From: Cenococcum geophilum
Taxonomy: Eukaryota
NCBI GenBank assembly: GCA_050273025.1
Contig: CP158635.1
Coordinates: forward strand, 25,854,001 to 25,918,000
DNA: 64,000 nt
Direction of reading: 5' to 3'
A program made the position numbers and the translations under genes. Numbering within the stretch: position 1 is the stretch's first letter; every line of letters starts with the position of its first letter. The notes below the pieces were generated by a model, which did no database searches, was not told the DNA's origin, and worked only from the letters and a program-made list of their open reading frames with translations. This document shows, piece by piece, positions 24,649-37,183 of this stretch.

Positions 24649-25701
24649 AGCAGGCGCGAGTGCTTCCGGCGGTCACCCAATGGCAGGCCTTCCACCAATA
24701 GTTTGGCTGGAAGAAATATTGAGTAATTCATGTTTATAGCAATACGAAGATTTGGTTCACATTCGAACGGCTACATAGATCAGGCCTCATGTGCAAAGCC
24801 ATGCCTACAAGAAGAGCGGGTTAGCACAAATGAGCGCAAGAACATTCCGAATTCTGTTACAAGCTTCGTATATAGTATCTATCTAGCTAATAGCCGGGTC
24901 GATGATCCTAACAATGGTAGAGCTTAGTGTTTTCTAGAGACTTAATTGTTTGACTCAAACAGGGCTTACAGCGACTTTGGGAAAGTGAAGATCTTGTCGG
25001 GGCACTGTAGCTACTTCAAGGCCCGGAAACGAGACGAGGTCGGAAACAGTGTATTCTAAAGGTAGAAAAGTAAGTGTTGATGGGCACTAAAAGATGAAAC
25101 TGAGGTTGAGGAGGATAAGTTTGAAGTCTGAGATTGACCTTTTCACTTTCTCGGTTGTACACGTGACATATGGTTTCACCCTCAGCTTTCTCGAGCTACT
25201 CAACAGCAAGCTAGGGTTATAGAGGAGAAAGAAGTAGAAGAGCTGAGAATAGGAAACATCACATTATAATACACTAATAGCATATAGAAAACCATATGCG
25301 AGATGCTTTGTTTTACGCAGCTGTTGACTATACTGTGCAAGCTTTTATTTCCGCTAATATCCGAGCTACAAACACCACCTCGGGAGTTCAATAACCCTAG
25401 ATCTTTCTGACGTTAAATCATTCTCTTCCGTGTCACTCTAAAACCCCTGTGCCATGTCCTCGCGGCAATCCGTGGGTCTCATCATGAGGAGATGGGCGTA
25501 ACGCCATGTTTAAAGTTTCTGACGGATAAACAAGCCGTAGTTGTTTAATCTTTACTAGGTGGTTTCTTAACCATGCCCTCATGGATAACTTTAGGTAGTT
25601 TAGTGTAGATCTTGGTGGATTCTCAAAGGAGATCTTACTTACTAAGGTGAGGTGTGGAATTTCCCTCAATACATCCTGCCCTGAAGTTCCTCAATGGCTC
25701 A

Positions 25702-27213
25702 TGTAAGCTTTGCAGTGTGTGGGAATTGAACGAGCAACTTGATTGTAAATCTATGGAAATCAAGTGGTATAAATACATGAAAGGAGACCGAGTCGGTGAG
25801 CGAGTCAAGGGCTAGGCAACTGAAACAAGGTGGTACGCTAGTGAGACAAGGTAGTGTTTTGGCAGGGTACCGTAGTCGGTTACACACCCCCCCAGATTTG
25901 ACGGTGTAGTCAAAGCTGTAGAAAGAAAAATGGAGGTAGAAACTGTATCAAACAGGAGTAACAAAAGGGTTGTTTTAGAATATATCTCCCCAACTTTATA
26001 TCTCTGGATATAGAGCTGTATTCAAAGAGATGTCCTCCATAGCCTCTCAGGAGACTATATTCGAAAAGGTGTCTAGCCTCTTAGGAGACTAGGTTTAAAG
26101 ATATGTCCTCTCCAGTCTCTCAGGAAACTATATTTAAAGAGGTGTAGTAATTTAATCTGCATTCGAGGCAGTCAATTAATCTATACTCGAGGTAGACGTT
26201 CGATCTGTACTTGAGGTAGATGTGGAGGTAGTCACTTAGTGACTCTGGTGACGTTAAGACGTCGTATCTGGTGACGTTAAGACGTCGAGATTAGTGCCGA
26301 TAAGGCTGGTGCCGATGAGGCTGGTGCCAATGTAGGCTGGCGTTTCGGAAGGGCGTCTACAGCGTGATGGCTGCGACTAATTGTAGTGTTAGTGCCTCCC
26401 CAGGAGGCCTTGATTTGATTTGGTGACAGGCCTATATTAAGGCTCTGGTGTTCGCTAGCTAGTCGTTCAAACGGTTGTCTGGTTTTGGCGACGGTCCTCT
26501 GGCTGCCGTCGGTCTGGTGCCTTCCTTATATCTACCCAATATCCTTGTCTTTCACCATCAGTATATCCAAGCTAGCTTATGCATCTGGCTTTTACTGGCT
26601 TCGTGTTCTGGCGTATTGCACTGGCTTCCGTACTCTGGCTCCGTGCTCTGGCATCTCGCTCTAGCTCCGTGCTCTAAATCGCGCTAGCTGGGCTCTCCCT
26701 TAGACGCCATATGAGGTCGTTATGCTGTGGTGGATAGGTCGACTCTGTTGAATGGTTGTATCTAGGTTAAAGGAGGTTAGGGTTCGTACGGTCGGGTTCG
26801 TACGGTCAGGTTCGGTTCGATCGATGTTTAATATGTTTGATATTCGATATTTAATCGTCCGTTTGGTAAATAAAGGTAATCACGAGTATAAGAGCGGTAC
26901 CCGGAAGAAGCTTAAAACACTTATAAAGGTGGAAGAAGTAGTAACTTCTTAAACGAGGTAGCAATTAATTGCTTAGTAAGCGCTGAATGTACAGATCAGA
27001 TGCAGTACAGTAGGCAGGCCGGGCTCATAACTGTAAGCTTTGCAGTGTGTGGGAATTAAACGAGCAACTTAATTGTAAACTATGGAAATCAAGTGGTATA
27101 AATACATGAAAGGAGACCGAGTCGGTGAGCGAGTCAAGGGCTAGGCAACTGAAACAAGGTGGTACGCTAGTGAGACAAGGTAGTGTTTTGGCAGGGTACC
27201 GTAGTCGGTTACA
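25702..27213 (-). mobile_element. Small (1.5 kb) non-autonomous copia-type LTR element (TRIM-like)
   Basis: LTRs 25702-25884 and 27032-27213 (tgtaagc...ggttaca). 5 bp TSD gctca (25697-701 and 27214-18). Minus-strand PBS GTTATGAGCCC next to the right LTR. G-run PPT next to the left LTR. Confidence 0.9.
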
Positions 27214-27676
27214 GCTCATCTAGAATGACCATGTCATGGCAGCGACTACATGGTCATCCCTGGAAGAAGCTGCCAGAACAGCTAGAGGAATGTATCAATC
27301 ACCACATTTAGGTTCGTCCATTCCCGACCGGCAAGGGCAACATCCGTAAGATCCTTAAGCTATGTCTGCCACTTACTGACATAGAAAAGTTGCACAGCCA
27401 TCCCTCATGGCAATAAGATACGGCTATGACACCACAAACTACACGACCTACCCTTATGCCTTCTCTAATGCCTTTACGAGCACCTCAAGTGCGTAGATTC
27501 TACCTTTCGGTGTTTCTTCGTCCTATATCTAGATCCCATTGTGGAGGCAGCTGGTAAAAGAGGGCAGCTGAGAACAGCCATGTACATGGCTGCTACCCAA
27601 ATATCAAGCTCAGGCGATAAGATAATGAGGTGACTTTGTAATCATGACCTAGCCATATAGACGACTCTCCAGCACC

Positions 27677-28898
27677 TCATCCTTCTCCAGCATCAGTTCC
27701 CTCCTCAATGAAGGCTCTAAACTCCCTAACTTCCTTAATCCAGACATATCTAACACAAATCTCTTGGATCTCGAAGTAGATATCCTCGGGCGGGAGCAAG
27801 GCCTTGCGGACAAGATTACGGATAAATAGTAGTAGAAGCTTTACAGCACGTATCTGCGCTTCCCGGCCATGAGCTGGTGCTGTTCCAGTCTGGTAATCAT
27901 CGTCCACGGTTTCATTCCCTTCCCTACCATCAATAGCGAAGGGAGAGTAAACGGAGAAATTATCATGTGGAAGACCCATTCGCTCAACAAGACGAAGGCT
28001 GTGCTGAATATAGTCTCTGATTACGGGAATGGGGTCGATCGAGAGCCCCTCCAGTGTGCGAGTCTGAAGTAGCTCGGTAAGTAAGTCAAGTGAAGGAAGG
28101 TCAAGCGGAAGGTGGGTTAAGGTTGATGTAGCTGCCGCCGGTGATGACTCCAGATGCGAAAGGAGAGCTTGATTGGGGTTTTGACGTTCCTTGTGTGGTC
28201 CAGAACTTGACGGCAGTGCAGTTTCGCGCGCTGGGGATTTCTCGTAGATACCCTCGTCCTCAAGGATGATTATAAATGTTGAGAGGTCAAAATTCGCAGT
28301 TGACCAGCTCTGAAGAGATTGATACAGTGACCTCGGCGACTTAGTGGACAACTGGGGTATATTGTGAGAACTTAAGATCGCTTTGACAAATTCGATCCTG
28401 GCGCGATAAGTTTGACGCCATTCAGTATTTCTCTCTCCTGAGTAGCCTTTGTTTTCTTGACCAGGCGCCTCAGCTAGCATCCTCTCCCACCTCTGAACCA
28501 CCTCAACCCAATGTGAAAGGAAAGGATTGTGTCTGAGGGGTGTAGCTTCGTTGAGCTTGTATAGCTGATATTCGCAGTTGAGCATTGCAGCTAAATAAGG
28601 CAAGGAAGAGTTTAGGGTAGCTACAAGTAGAGAAATCAAATCGTCAGCTAACACCTTCCCTAACGATTCTTGAGATTCGATTAAGAATGAATAAAGCACC
28701 TTGTTCCTCTAGCTCATCTAGCTTCCTCTTTAACTTCAAGGAGTCGTGAAAAAGGGTCTCAAATTCGGATTTCTCGGGGTGGAGTCGCGCCTGCGCATTG
28801 CGGGCGCTTTCGAAGATTGCTCCAGTTTCTTGTAATGAACGATTGTAGTCGCTGAACACAGCTACGAACTCTTCCGCCAGCGTCGCCGAAACGTCCAT
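27677..28898 (-). CDS. CCR4-NOT subunit 11-like protein (C-terminal DUF2363-like domain), ~380 aa; exons 28898-28700, 28620-27677
   Basis: GT-AG intron with GCTGAC branch joins two track ORFs in frame. C-terminus VKLLLLFIRNLVRK..EDIYFEIQEICVRY..IKEV resembles the CNOT11 C-terminal domain as I recall it. Confidence 0.72.
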
Positions 28899-29690
28899 TT
28901 TATTCTGGGAGAGATTATGGAGCTTTGGTTGAGCCGAGAATGTGGAAGAGAAGGCATATGGGCGAGAATGAGTTGCGAGTATGTCAGTGGGAGGGGGGTT
29001 AAGAGTAGTGTGACTCCAGCTTCACGATGTTGCCAAGCGGAAGCGGAAACCTCCGCGCAGAATTTAACAAGAAGTTACCTATAGACCTTCACATTCATAT
29101 AAATGCTTTCAATTTCTACTAGAAAAGAATAGCTACAGTTTGCCAAGGGAAACTAGGCGCTTTTAATCATGAACCTATTTATGATTTACTACATCGTTTT
29201 CCTCCGTCTTACCTAACCAATCTAAAATATCTATCTTACCATACTTTTAATATTTTCCGACGGCTTTTAGCTTTAAAGAGTTGAGCACAATTACATGCGT
29301 TGGTTGGTAGAGCTGCAACCGACAATGGATATGGATTATGGCGTGACTGCGCGTAGTGCACAATCGAGCTCATGAACTAAATTACAAAACCACCATGTGG
29401 TAATTCCGAATGCCCATCATTGACCGATCATAATGTGCAATGAAATGCCAAAAGACGCCCCCATAGTGGGTCAGAAAGTTTTCCAAGCTCTATTACGTGT
29501 TAAGGGAAGCGCAAGCTTTGCCAAGCACTAAAGTCCGGATGCGCCGGATATGCAGTTGGTTCGCATGACCACATCAACACGCGAAGAAGACGTAGAATGT
29601 GACCTGATTGGAAAACTCATGATTATAGAAGAAAATCCATTTCGTGGAGAACACTGCTGGGTATCATAGAGACGTTGGTGCGCAAGCGGA

Positions 29691-30032
29691 TTAAAACTTT
29701 AGAATGATGTACCTAAAAAAAGGTCAGCAATGAATGACAGAATTGGGAATGAATCAACATACAGCGCATGAATGATACCAGGGATGTAACCAAGAATCGT
29801 CAACAAGATGTTGATGAGGAAATCGGCATTGCAGCCACGCTCCAGGAAGACACCAAGAGGTGGTAGGATGATGGCGAAGATGATCTTGATGATGTCGCTG
29901 TGGAGAAGTCAATATCAAAATCTAGCAATGATAAAAGGGGGCTGTAAAGAGCGGATAGAGATCATTCATGCTATGCAAAGCGCAAAGCCCTCATTAGGAT
30001 TGCTAAGGAGCTTACCTTCCAGTGAAAGGCAT
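29691..30032 (-). CDS. PMP3: Plasma membrane proteolipid Pmp3/RCI2 family, 57 aa; exons 30032-30016, 29897-29763, 29712-29691
   Basis: Spliced translation MPFTGSDIIKIIFAIILPPLGVFLERGCNADFLINILLTILGYIPGIIHALYIILKF. Not in the ORF track. Confidence 0.95.
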
Positions 30033-31004
30033 TGTGTCAGGTTGTTTACTGCGTGCTGTTCAAAGCTTTTGCGGTTTGGTTTTAATAGGTATGTAGGACG
30101 AATTTCTCGAGGCTTTGCTAGGAGTGCGACAAACGTGTGAGTAGGATGACAATTGAGTGGGCGAGAGTGGTATTTATGGAGTAAAGCTGTTTGTTCATCT
30201 GACTAGATTAGTCAATGACGTAGTCCTTGGCGAAAGCTGGCATGGCAGGTTGGCCCAAGCTTTGTGCGGGTGACAGCGTATTTAGTGATCAAGGCACCGC
30301 GCTTCAGAACAGGTTGTTTGCGACAAATCATCATAACTAACGCCAGGTGCAAGCTTCCCACGTTAAATCAAGGCCAATTCAAGGGGTGCTCCAAAGTTCT
30401 CATGGAATCAACCCTGTCATTGAGATCATGGGAGCAATCTATCTAATTGAGGTACAGACATACTCCCGGAAGTGCCCTGTATTGTCGATTGTCGAGTCTC
30501 GATTTCCTAGGGGCTTCGCACTCTCCAAGCATTTAATGACGCCACACTGTGGCACAGCAGTACGCTGTGACGTTTCCCCCGCCACAATGATCGGCGGGCC
30601 TCACACACACAGCACTTTAGAGATAATTTCCGATCCCCAGGTTTATGCCATTTGTTATCGGCTCGCCTCTTTGAACGTACCAAAGGGCCATCCAAAATTC
30701 TTTCAAGGTGGCAGCAATCAAATCAGTTACTCGTAGACTTTCTCTCGCCCGCACGGCAGTTACCTAAACCCAAGATGATTTAAGTGCTTCATTAATTTCA
30801 TAGATGCTTTTAGCTCCGCAAGGCAGTGCAATGTATAGCGCAGTGAATGGATTATCAATTCGGAACTATGTCTCTCTATAATCCATGAAACAGGGACTAG
30901 AGGAGAAGTAAAAGATGGTCTTTAATAGACTCCTTAGGGATATCAATTTGCCGCGAACCTAACACCATAGGAAGAAAGCCACCCGCATCCGCTATTTCTA
31001 CCAT

Positions 31005-31603
31005 CTATGCCGAAGGACCCTGCTTCTGCAAATCAACCTCTACACCTCTCTGTCTTGTTTTCCCCTCATCATGTTGTAGTCTCCTGCGCTCCTCCTCGCT
31101 TCTGTCACCTGTGAGGCCGGCTAAAGCGCCACCAACAGTTCCGCCAACCCTATCTTTCACGCCCTGGCCCAAGTCCGACAGCTGGCCCTGGGTCTCTTGG
31201 TTCTTGCCCTCGCGATTTTGCTGGATGCCCTCCTGCTTCAGTCCCTGGGCACCAATAAGGTTGCCGATGGATTCTTTGGCAGCGCCAACGGTCTGGTTCC
31301 ATGACCCTTGAGTGCGGTCCGGGGAGTCTTGGGCAATGGCACCAGTTGAGGAAAGTGTAAAGGGGCCAGCTTTAGCGGCAGTGTGGGAGAGGCCATTCTC
31401 AGCTTCAGCAGTCGCTTTCTTCTGATCGGCTTGCTGCTACGCAATGTTAGACACAGCCTAATATTTCTTTGTAGGTTCGAGGATTTGTAACGCACCTTGT
31501 CAGCTGGGTTGCCAGTAAGTGATCCAATCGCGGACTGTACTGTGCTGCTAGCCGAGTCCACGTAGGACTGGAGGGTAGAAGTGTTGTCCTTGTTTGAAGA
31601 CAT
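31005..31603 (-). CDS. CsbD/LEA-like hydrophilic stress protein, 179 aa; intron 31495-31437
   Basis: Spliced frame STLQSYVDSA...GSWNQTVGAAKESIGNLIG...QGQLSDLGQGVKDRVGGTVGG...QHDEGKTRQRGVE. Confidence 0.82.
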
Positions 31604-32272
31604 GACGATTGATTTAGTAATGGATGATGGCTCGAAGTTTCTGATGAATTAATCTAGATGATATTGAGGGTGTTTAATTATGCTTGATGATATTTAAGTG
31701 GCAACGGAGTAGCTGGGCTCTTTATATTTGGCTATTGCGATGTATTCATTGTTTTCTTCATGTGAGCTATGACATCATAGACACCCTCAAACATCGTCAC
31801 TTTTCTCGCCCTGTGCGGAGAGATTATGCGGCGCCTGCAGCCACCCGAGAACCTTCTGGCCAAATGGAGAATGAGAGTTTCCAGGTAGGGAGCTCTGAAA
31901 TCTCGGTCCCACTTAATGACGTTAGGGACCCTGACCGTCTTCAGCTGTGCTTTTAAACCATGATGTCATCGAAGGCGCCTTTTGTCTCAGCTCAGGGATT
32001 CTTTTGCAACCTAATGCGTAATCTTGATCAAGGAAAGAAGCAAGCCACAAAAGCCGCTCAACAACATTTTCTTGACCACGAGAGATATTTTCACACGCGA
32101 GCCTCCATGCAATAATCCCACGCTCTCATACAAACCCTTTTCATGAACATATCGAGACCTGCGTGCAAGTCATGCCACCATGCACTAACGCCATTTGAGC
32201 ACCCAGAACGAAAGGTGTCTCACACAAGTGATGAATGCAACCAGCCATGCAGAGCAAATATTAACAGAACGC

Positions 32273-33791
32273 CTACCAATGACAGATGCCGCCTTCACTA
32301 TCATCAACCGACCATGTCCCCGCTAGGCCCACAATCTCCATCTCCCCGCTGGCGTGCTCGCCCATCTTCGTGAGCCTTGCTACACTACTAGCCGGGTCCG
32401 CAGGCCCGTTGTTGAGCAGCCGCCTAGCCCATGCATCAATGGCTGGCTCGCCAGTTTCATCTCGGGCTTGCTTCAAGAACGGGATGAGCGCCGTCCCACC
32501 TGTGCCGCGTAGTTTCCTTCCACCATTATCTCCTCTGCGTATATTCGTTGCAATGTTGAGTCTCTGCGATGCAGCTTGTCTTGGACTTATTGAACGAGAG
32601 TGAGACCGGGATTCACGTGACTTCAGAATGATATAGCGGGAAACCATTTGTATGTGCTTGTCGCGAAAGGCACGTAGCATCGCGAGACAGGCGTCAAAAG
32701 CAGTACACAAAGCCCGGTTCGACCGATGGGAAGCAACGTAATCACGGATATTTGCTACGCTTGCCACATGCTCGAGGAAACGGCGATGGGGCCCAGGCAT
32801 ATATGTTCGCATGTCCTTTATGAAATTATGTGAGGGTGATGGGACGGCTCCCTTAGGATCCGAGCTATCGGAACGCTTTTCGCCTGTTGGACGGTGCTCA
32901 ACGCCGAGGACAAGGTCGAAGAATTGAATGATAGAACTTTGTGCGTTGCTACCACCGCTATACTGCACGTAAGGTAGCCGGCCGGAGCCGTTGTCGAAAA
33001 TTACGCCATTGGGGAGACCAGCATCTCCCATATTCTTACTGCCAGCGAGGAATGGTCGTATGCGGTGGTAGAAAACGTGTGGATCACAACTTTCATACAT
33101 TCTCTGCAAGAGACTTCCGAGCTCATCGAGCCGCTCTGCAAATGACTGTAAGCATTCCGTTACGACTCTACTATCATTGTGCCTCGCCGCAGCTATGGCA
33201 TCCATCATCATAGGTATTATCGGACCCGCGCGAGCTTCAATGGCCAAGGAGACCAGATAGAACCAGGACTCATCAAGGGAGCCGGTAAATGTGGAGAGCG
33301 TGGAGAGGTTCTCCAAACTATCAGTTGGTTCAAGAGGAAATAGTGGCTTCCAGTTCCATAAAACCAGGCCGGCGTAAGTTGCTACGGGAGGAAGCTCGAG
33401 ATGATGGCAGGCATCGAGGAATGGGGTCGATATTGGGGGAGGAACCCGCTACAAAAACTATTAGCTTTGCCAATTCGCACGATAGCTGTGGAGCGCATAC
33501 GTCAGCCGGTGAGTCCCCACCCCAGATGTAGGCATGAGCCATGAAAGCTAGGACAACATATGCTCTCCGCCACTCGGCCTCGGTAACCAGAAAGTCAGTT
33601 GACAACACCGGGAGACGATCTACAACCCCACGCAGCCTTTTACTGAGTACTAGGCCTTGCAGATTCCTTATGATTGTTTCCCATGGGCCGTAGTACGGAT
33701 CGGGTAGAAGATCGAGAGGAATTTCGGCCGGAAGGAAACCATGCAGAGGGGATATATCGTAGTCGCTAAGTCTAGGGAGCTGAGGGATCAT
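32273..33791 (-). CDS. BNA2: Indoleamine 2,3-dioxygenase (BNA2/IdoA-like), 488 aa; intron 33500-33449
   Basis: Motifs GFLP, LELPPVATYAGLVLWN, FTGSLDESWFYLVS, YSGGSNAQSS, MRTYMPGPHRRFL, FRDKH and GTGGT. Confidence 0.93.
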
Positions 33792-35492
33792 GACGCGAGC
33801 ACTAGTGCAGTGAAAGTTGCACAGGCGGTGCTGAGTGCTTTGTGGTTGAAGACAGTAGTGAATTAGCAGACGAGGCGAGTTTGTTTAAGTATCGCGTGCT
33901 GAGTCGCGTGATAGTTTAATTTGCGGCGAAAGGAGCAAAGAATGGCTGGCGAGTTGGCTGCGGAAGGTTAAAAGGCAAGATGAAAGGCTATTGCTGTTAA
34001 GCAAAGGGATGAGAGGGCCAATTCTTGTGTTATTAGAGAGTGACGGGCGAAAGGAAATATAAGTTCGGTAGGATAAGGTAACGCAGGTAAGTGGTTTGCG
34101 CGTGAGGTGGGGCGAAAGTACTAAGTAGGAACCTAGAGAAGCCAGGCACTAGCGGCGGCGCAAAACGGAAAGCGCACGACGCAGAATTAGATGCAGCTTG
34201 GGAAGGCCGTTGAGGAGCAGAAGAAAGGATGGAAGCTTGGATGACAGCGCACAAGGTGGACATTCACACGGAAGCAAAGGAAAAGAAAAGAAAGGGCCTG
34301 CTTTGGAATCAGAAAAAACATGTCCGCGGCCGTCATGGAAGCGAAAAATGGTAATGTGACTACTGTCCGCCAAACTCCGGGATCGGTTGGCAGAATCCAT
34401 TAGTGGTCCTGTAGGCAAAGCACGAGAAGCTATGGACAGAATGAATAACTGCCTCCCCCCACATGCAGTCCAGCGACAAAGAGCGGCAGCCAGGAGCAAG
34501 GGAGCCTTGGGCCGACATGAATGACGCCAAGAGTCAGAAAAAGTCTTCTGGAAGACTACTGCCACCTTGGACCGCCGCGGGCGACTTGGCCGCCTCTCAA
34601 TGCGGTGCATGATAAATGGGGGAGGGAAGAAAAGACATTGGAACAACTGAAGGATGAAGTGAAGTCTCGCCACTACGCAGATCGCCTTAGCGCCATGTAC
34701 AATAGCCTCACCATGTCGTGCAAACTTAGCACTCCCACTGTAGAGCAGGGAGCACTTCTGGGCGCGACCTCCCTTTAGTTGTAGCCGTGCAACATAAGCT
34801 TCTAGAGATATTCGGAGCGGCGTGTACTAAGATAATTGTGGGAATTGGCCGACTTCTAACATGAGCACGAGGCCAATTCGCTTACTGGTTGCGAGCAGTA
34901 GTTAACCGGAGTTAACTTCGGCAGAGCACGAATAGGCTTAGGCTTTTTTTAAGAGCCTTCACACTGAAAGAAGGTTGCTGCATCCAATCCATAACTCTTA
35001 CCCATAACGTTGTTTTCATAGCCCTATTTACTTCAACCCTAAACGCCAGGTTTTTAAGTCTTCATCAATAATCACATACTCTGAAACCCCTGAAGGCCTA
35101 TCTTGATTACTTATATAGCCTTCATGCAAAGCACGGAACGAATAGACCTGAGGCGCGACTTACCCAGTCATTGCCACGCAACGCTTGGAATAGGTGTTCC
35201 GAGGGTTTCCTAAAGGCCTATGAAGGCCCCCATTGGTGGTGATGAATATCTAATACACTAGTTATTCACCCGAATATTCCTCGAATAATCTTTGCGAAGT
35301 CTGGAGTGTGCCGAGGCACACGGGAATGCTTCCCCACAACACCACACCCCATAGCAGCTCTCCTACATTACAAGTAGCACGCCATTCACAGTCTCACCAT
35401 GATAGTTCACTAAGCGTACTATCCCCGGTGTTAGTATACAACTCACCAGCGGAGCACTCTACCTATCAAGCCTCCAATTGGCACATTTGACA

Positions 35493-36403
35493 ATGCCTCC
35501 CACTACCCCGCCAAAAGCCCTTCTCTTCGACATCGGCGGCGTCTGCGTGCGTAAGCCTTCTCCCTCACTCCAAACCACTTCCTCCTCAGCACCCTCTAAC
35601 ACACCTCCGGGCAGGTTTTTTCCCCTTTCCAAGCCATTCTCGACTACGAACTCGCCAACCGCATCCCGGTAGGCTGGATAAATTTCAGCATATCGCGGGC
35701 AGCGCCCTCCGGCGCCTGGCAGCGGATCGAGCGGGGCGAATGCATCCTGGACGACGAGTTCTTCGCCACCTTCAAGACCGAGCTCGAGGACGCATCTCTC
35801 TGGCGAGAATACTGGAACAAGCTCCCCGAGAACGAAGGGAAGCGGACCGGCGCGCCGCCTCCGCCGCCGGGGGTCAACGCGAAGGAGCTGTTCTGGAACA
35901 TGATGCGCACATCCCGCACCCCTGACCCGTACGTGTATCCCGCGCTGAAGGCTCTGCGGGCGAGCGGGAAGTTCGTGCTAGGCGCGTTGAGCAACACCAT
36001 TGCGTTTCCCCGGGGGATACGGGACGACCACGGTGTTCTCTTTGGAGGCGAGCTGCAGCATCCCCCGAATACACCCTATGCGAATGACGGCACGGCGATT
36101 GCGGACCGTTTCGATATATTTATCAGCTCCGCCCACGTCGGCCTCCGGAAGCCAGACCCAAAGATTTACGAGTTGGCAGTGCGGGAATTGGATGCAGAGG
36201 CAAGACGGCAGGGACTGGGCGGGGTGAATGTAGGGGATGTGCTATTTTTGGATGATATTGGGGCAAATTTGAAGGGGGCAAAGTCGGTAGGGATGAGAAC
36301 ATTGAAAGTGGATTTGGGAAAGACTGAGGCTGCGGTGAGGGAGTTGGAGGAGTTGACGGGAGTGAAATTGCTTGAAGGAGTACAAGATAGGGCGAGGTTG
36401 TGA
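35493..36403 (+). CDS. HAD-superfamily hydrolase (epoxide hydrolase N-terminal/ACAD10-like), 280 aa; intron 35547-35614
   Basis: Motifs LLFDIGGV, ALSNT, SAHVGLRKPDPKIY and LFLDDIGANL. Confidence 0.9.
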
Positions 36404-37183
36404 GATGTTGATAAATCCGCATCGCTAGGAAAAGAAATCGCACTCGATTCTAACACGGCAGAGGCAGGTTTCGAGACTCGCAATATAACTATTCTATTAC
36501 CAGTAGCCAATGACCAGAGCCATGAGATTTTGCAAGGTCTGAGACCTTTGACATGGCCCCCAAAAACAACTACAAGTGAACTGCGCATCCCATGAGCCGT
36601 CGAAAAAGACATACCCACGAGACGCTATTCAATTATCATTGTGAAGCCACGGAGATTTCGGATGAGCCTCCGAAGAACCTCAGAAGTGACGATACACAAA
36701 AGCTTCCATAGCATCCTTGAGTATTCGAAACCACGCAAGGATGCACAGCCGTTCCAATTCGTTCCATCTCATCTCTTTCCCTTGGTATTTACCCTAGGGG
36801 TTGTTCGGTTGCAATATGGAGGCCACATATTCAGTTCATAATCTGTTGATTCGGAGTGATTCTGTCTGCGCAGCCTCAAAATTTTGATGTTCCTCTCACC
36901 GCTCGCAAAGCGCCAGAATAGCACGCTAAAATATTGGCATACAGCTTCTGAAATGGAGCTCTTAGCTCCCGTTACAGATTCCAGTTCAATATGGAGGCGT
37001 GTCAAATCGGGAAGGAACGGGTCCTTTCTGCCGGACTTTCAGTTCATATTCAATCTGAAGGTTTTGCAACCGAACAGACTCCTTTTACCCTCAATATTCC
37101 GACCGGACCCCATCGAGCTGCATTACAGAAATACATTGAAAGGGGAACTTATAAATTCGTAACAGTGATAACCAGAAAAGATT

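Noticed and set aside
21260..25400. Possible dead host gene split by hAT 2 (21260-21507 plus 24657-25400)
   Set aside because: Composition is gene-like, but I found no recognisable translation.
1..27213. Starship or other giant cargo element
   Set aside because: No tyrosine-recombinase captain relic or cargo genes recognised. Most of the block resolves into ordinary TEs.
25699..27219. Duplicated ~62-64 aa ORFs (CNRLRYPAKTLP...)
   Set aside because: They are translations of the two LTR copies, not genes.
32273..36403. IDO plus divergent HAD hydrolase as a metabolic gene cluster
   Set aside because: No other kynurenine-pathway or secondary-metabolite genes nearby, and adjacency alone is insufficient.
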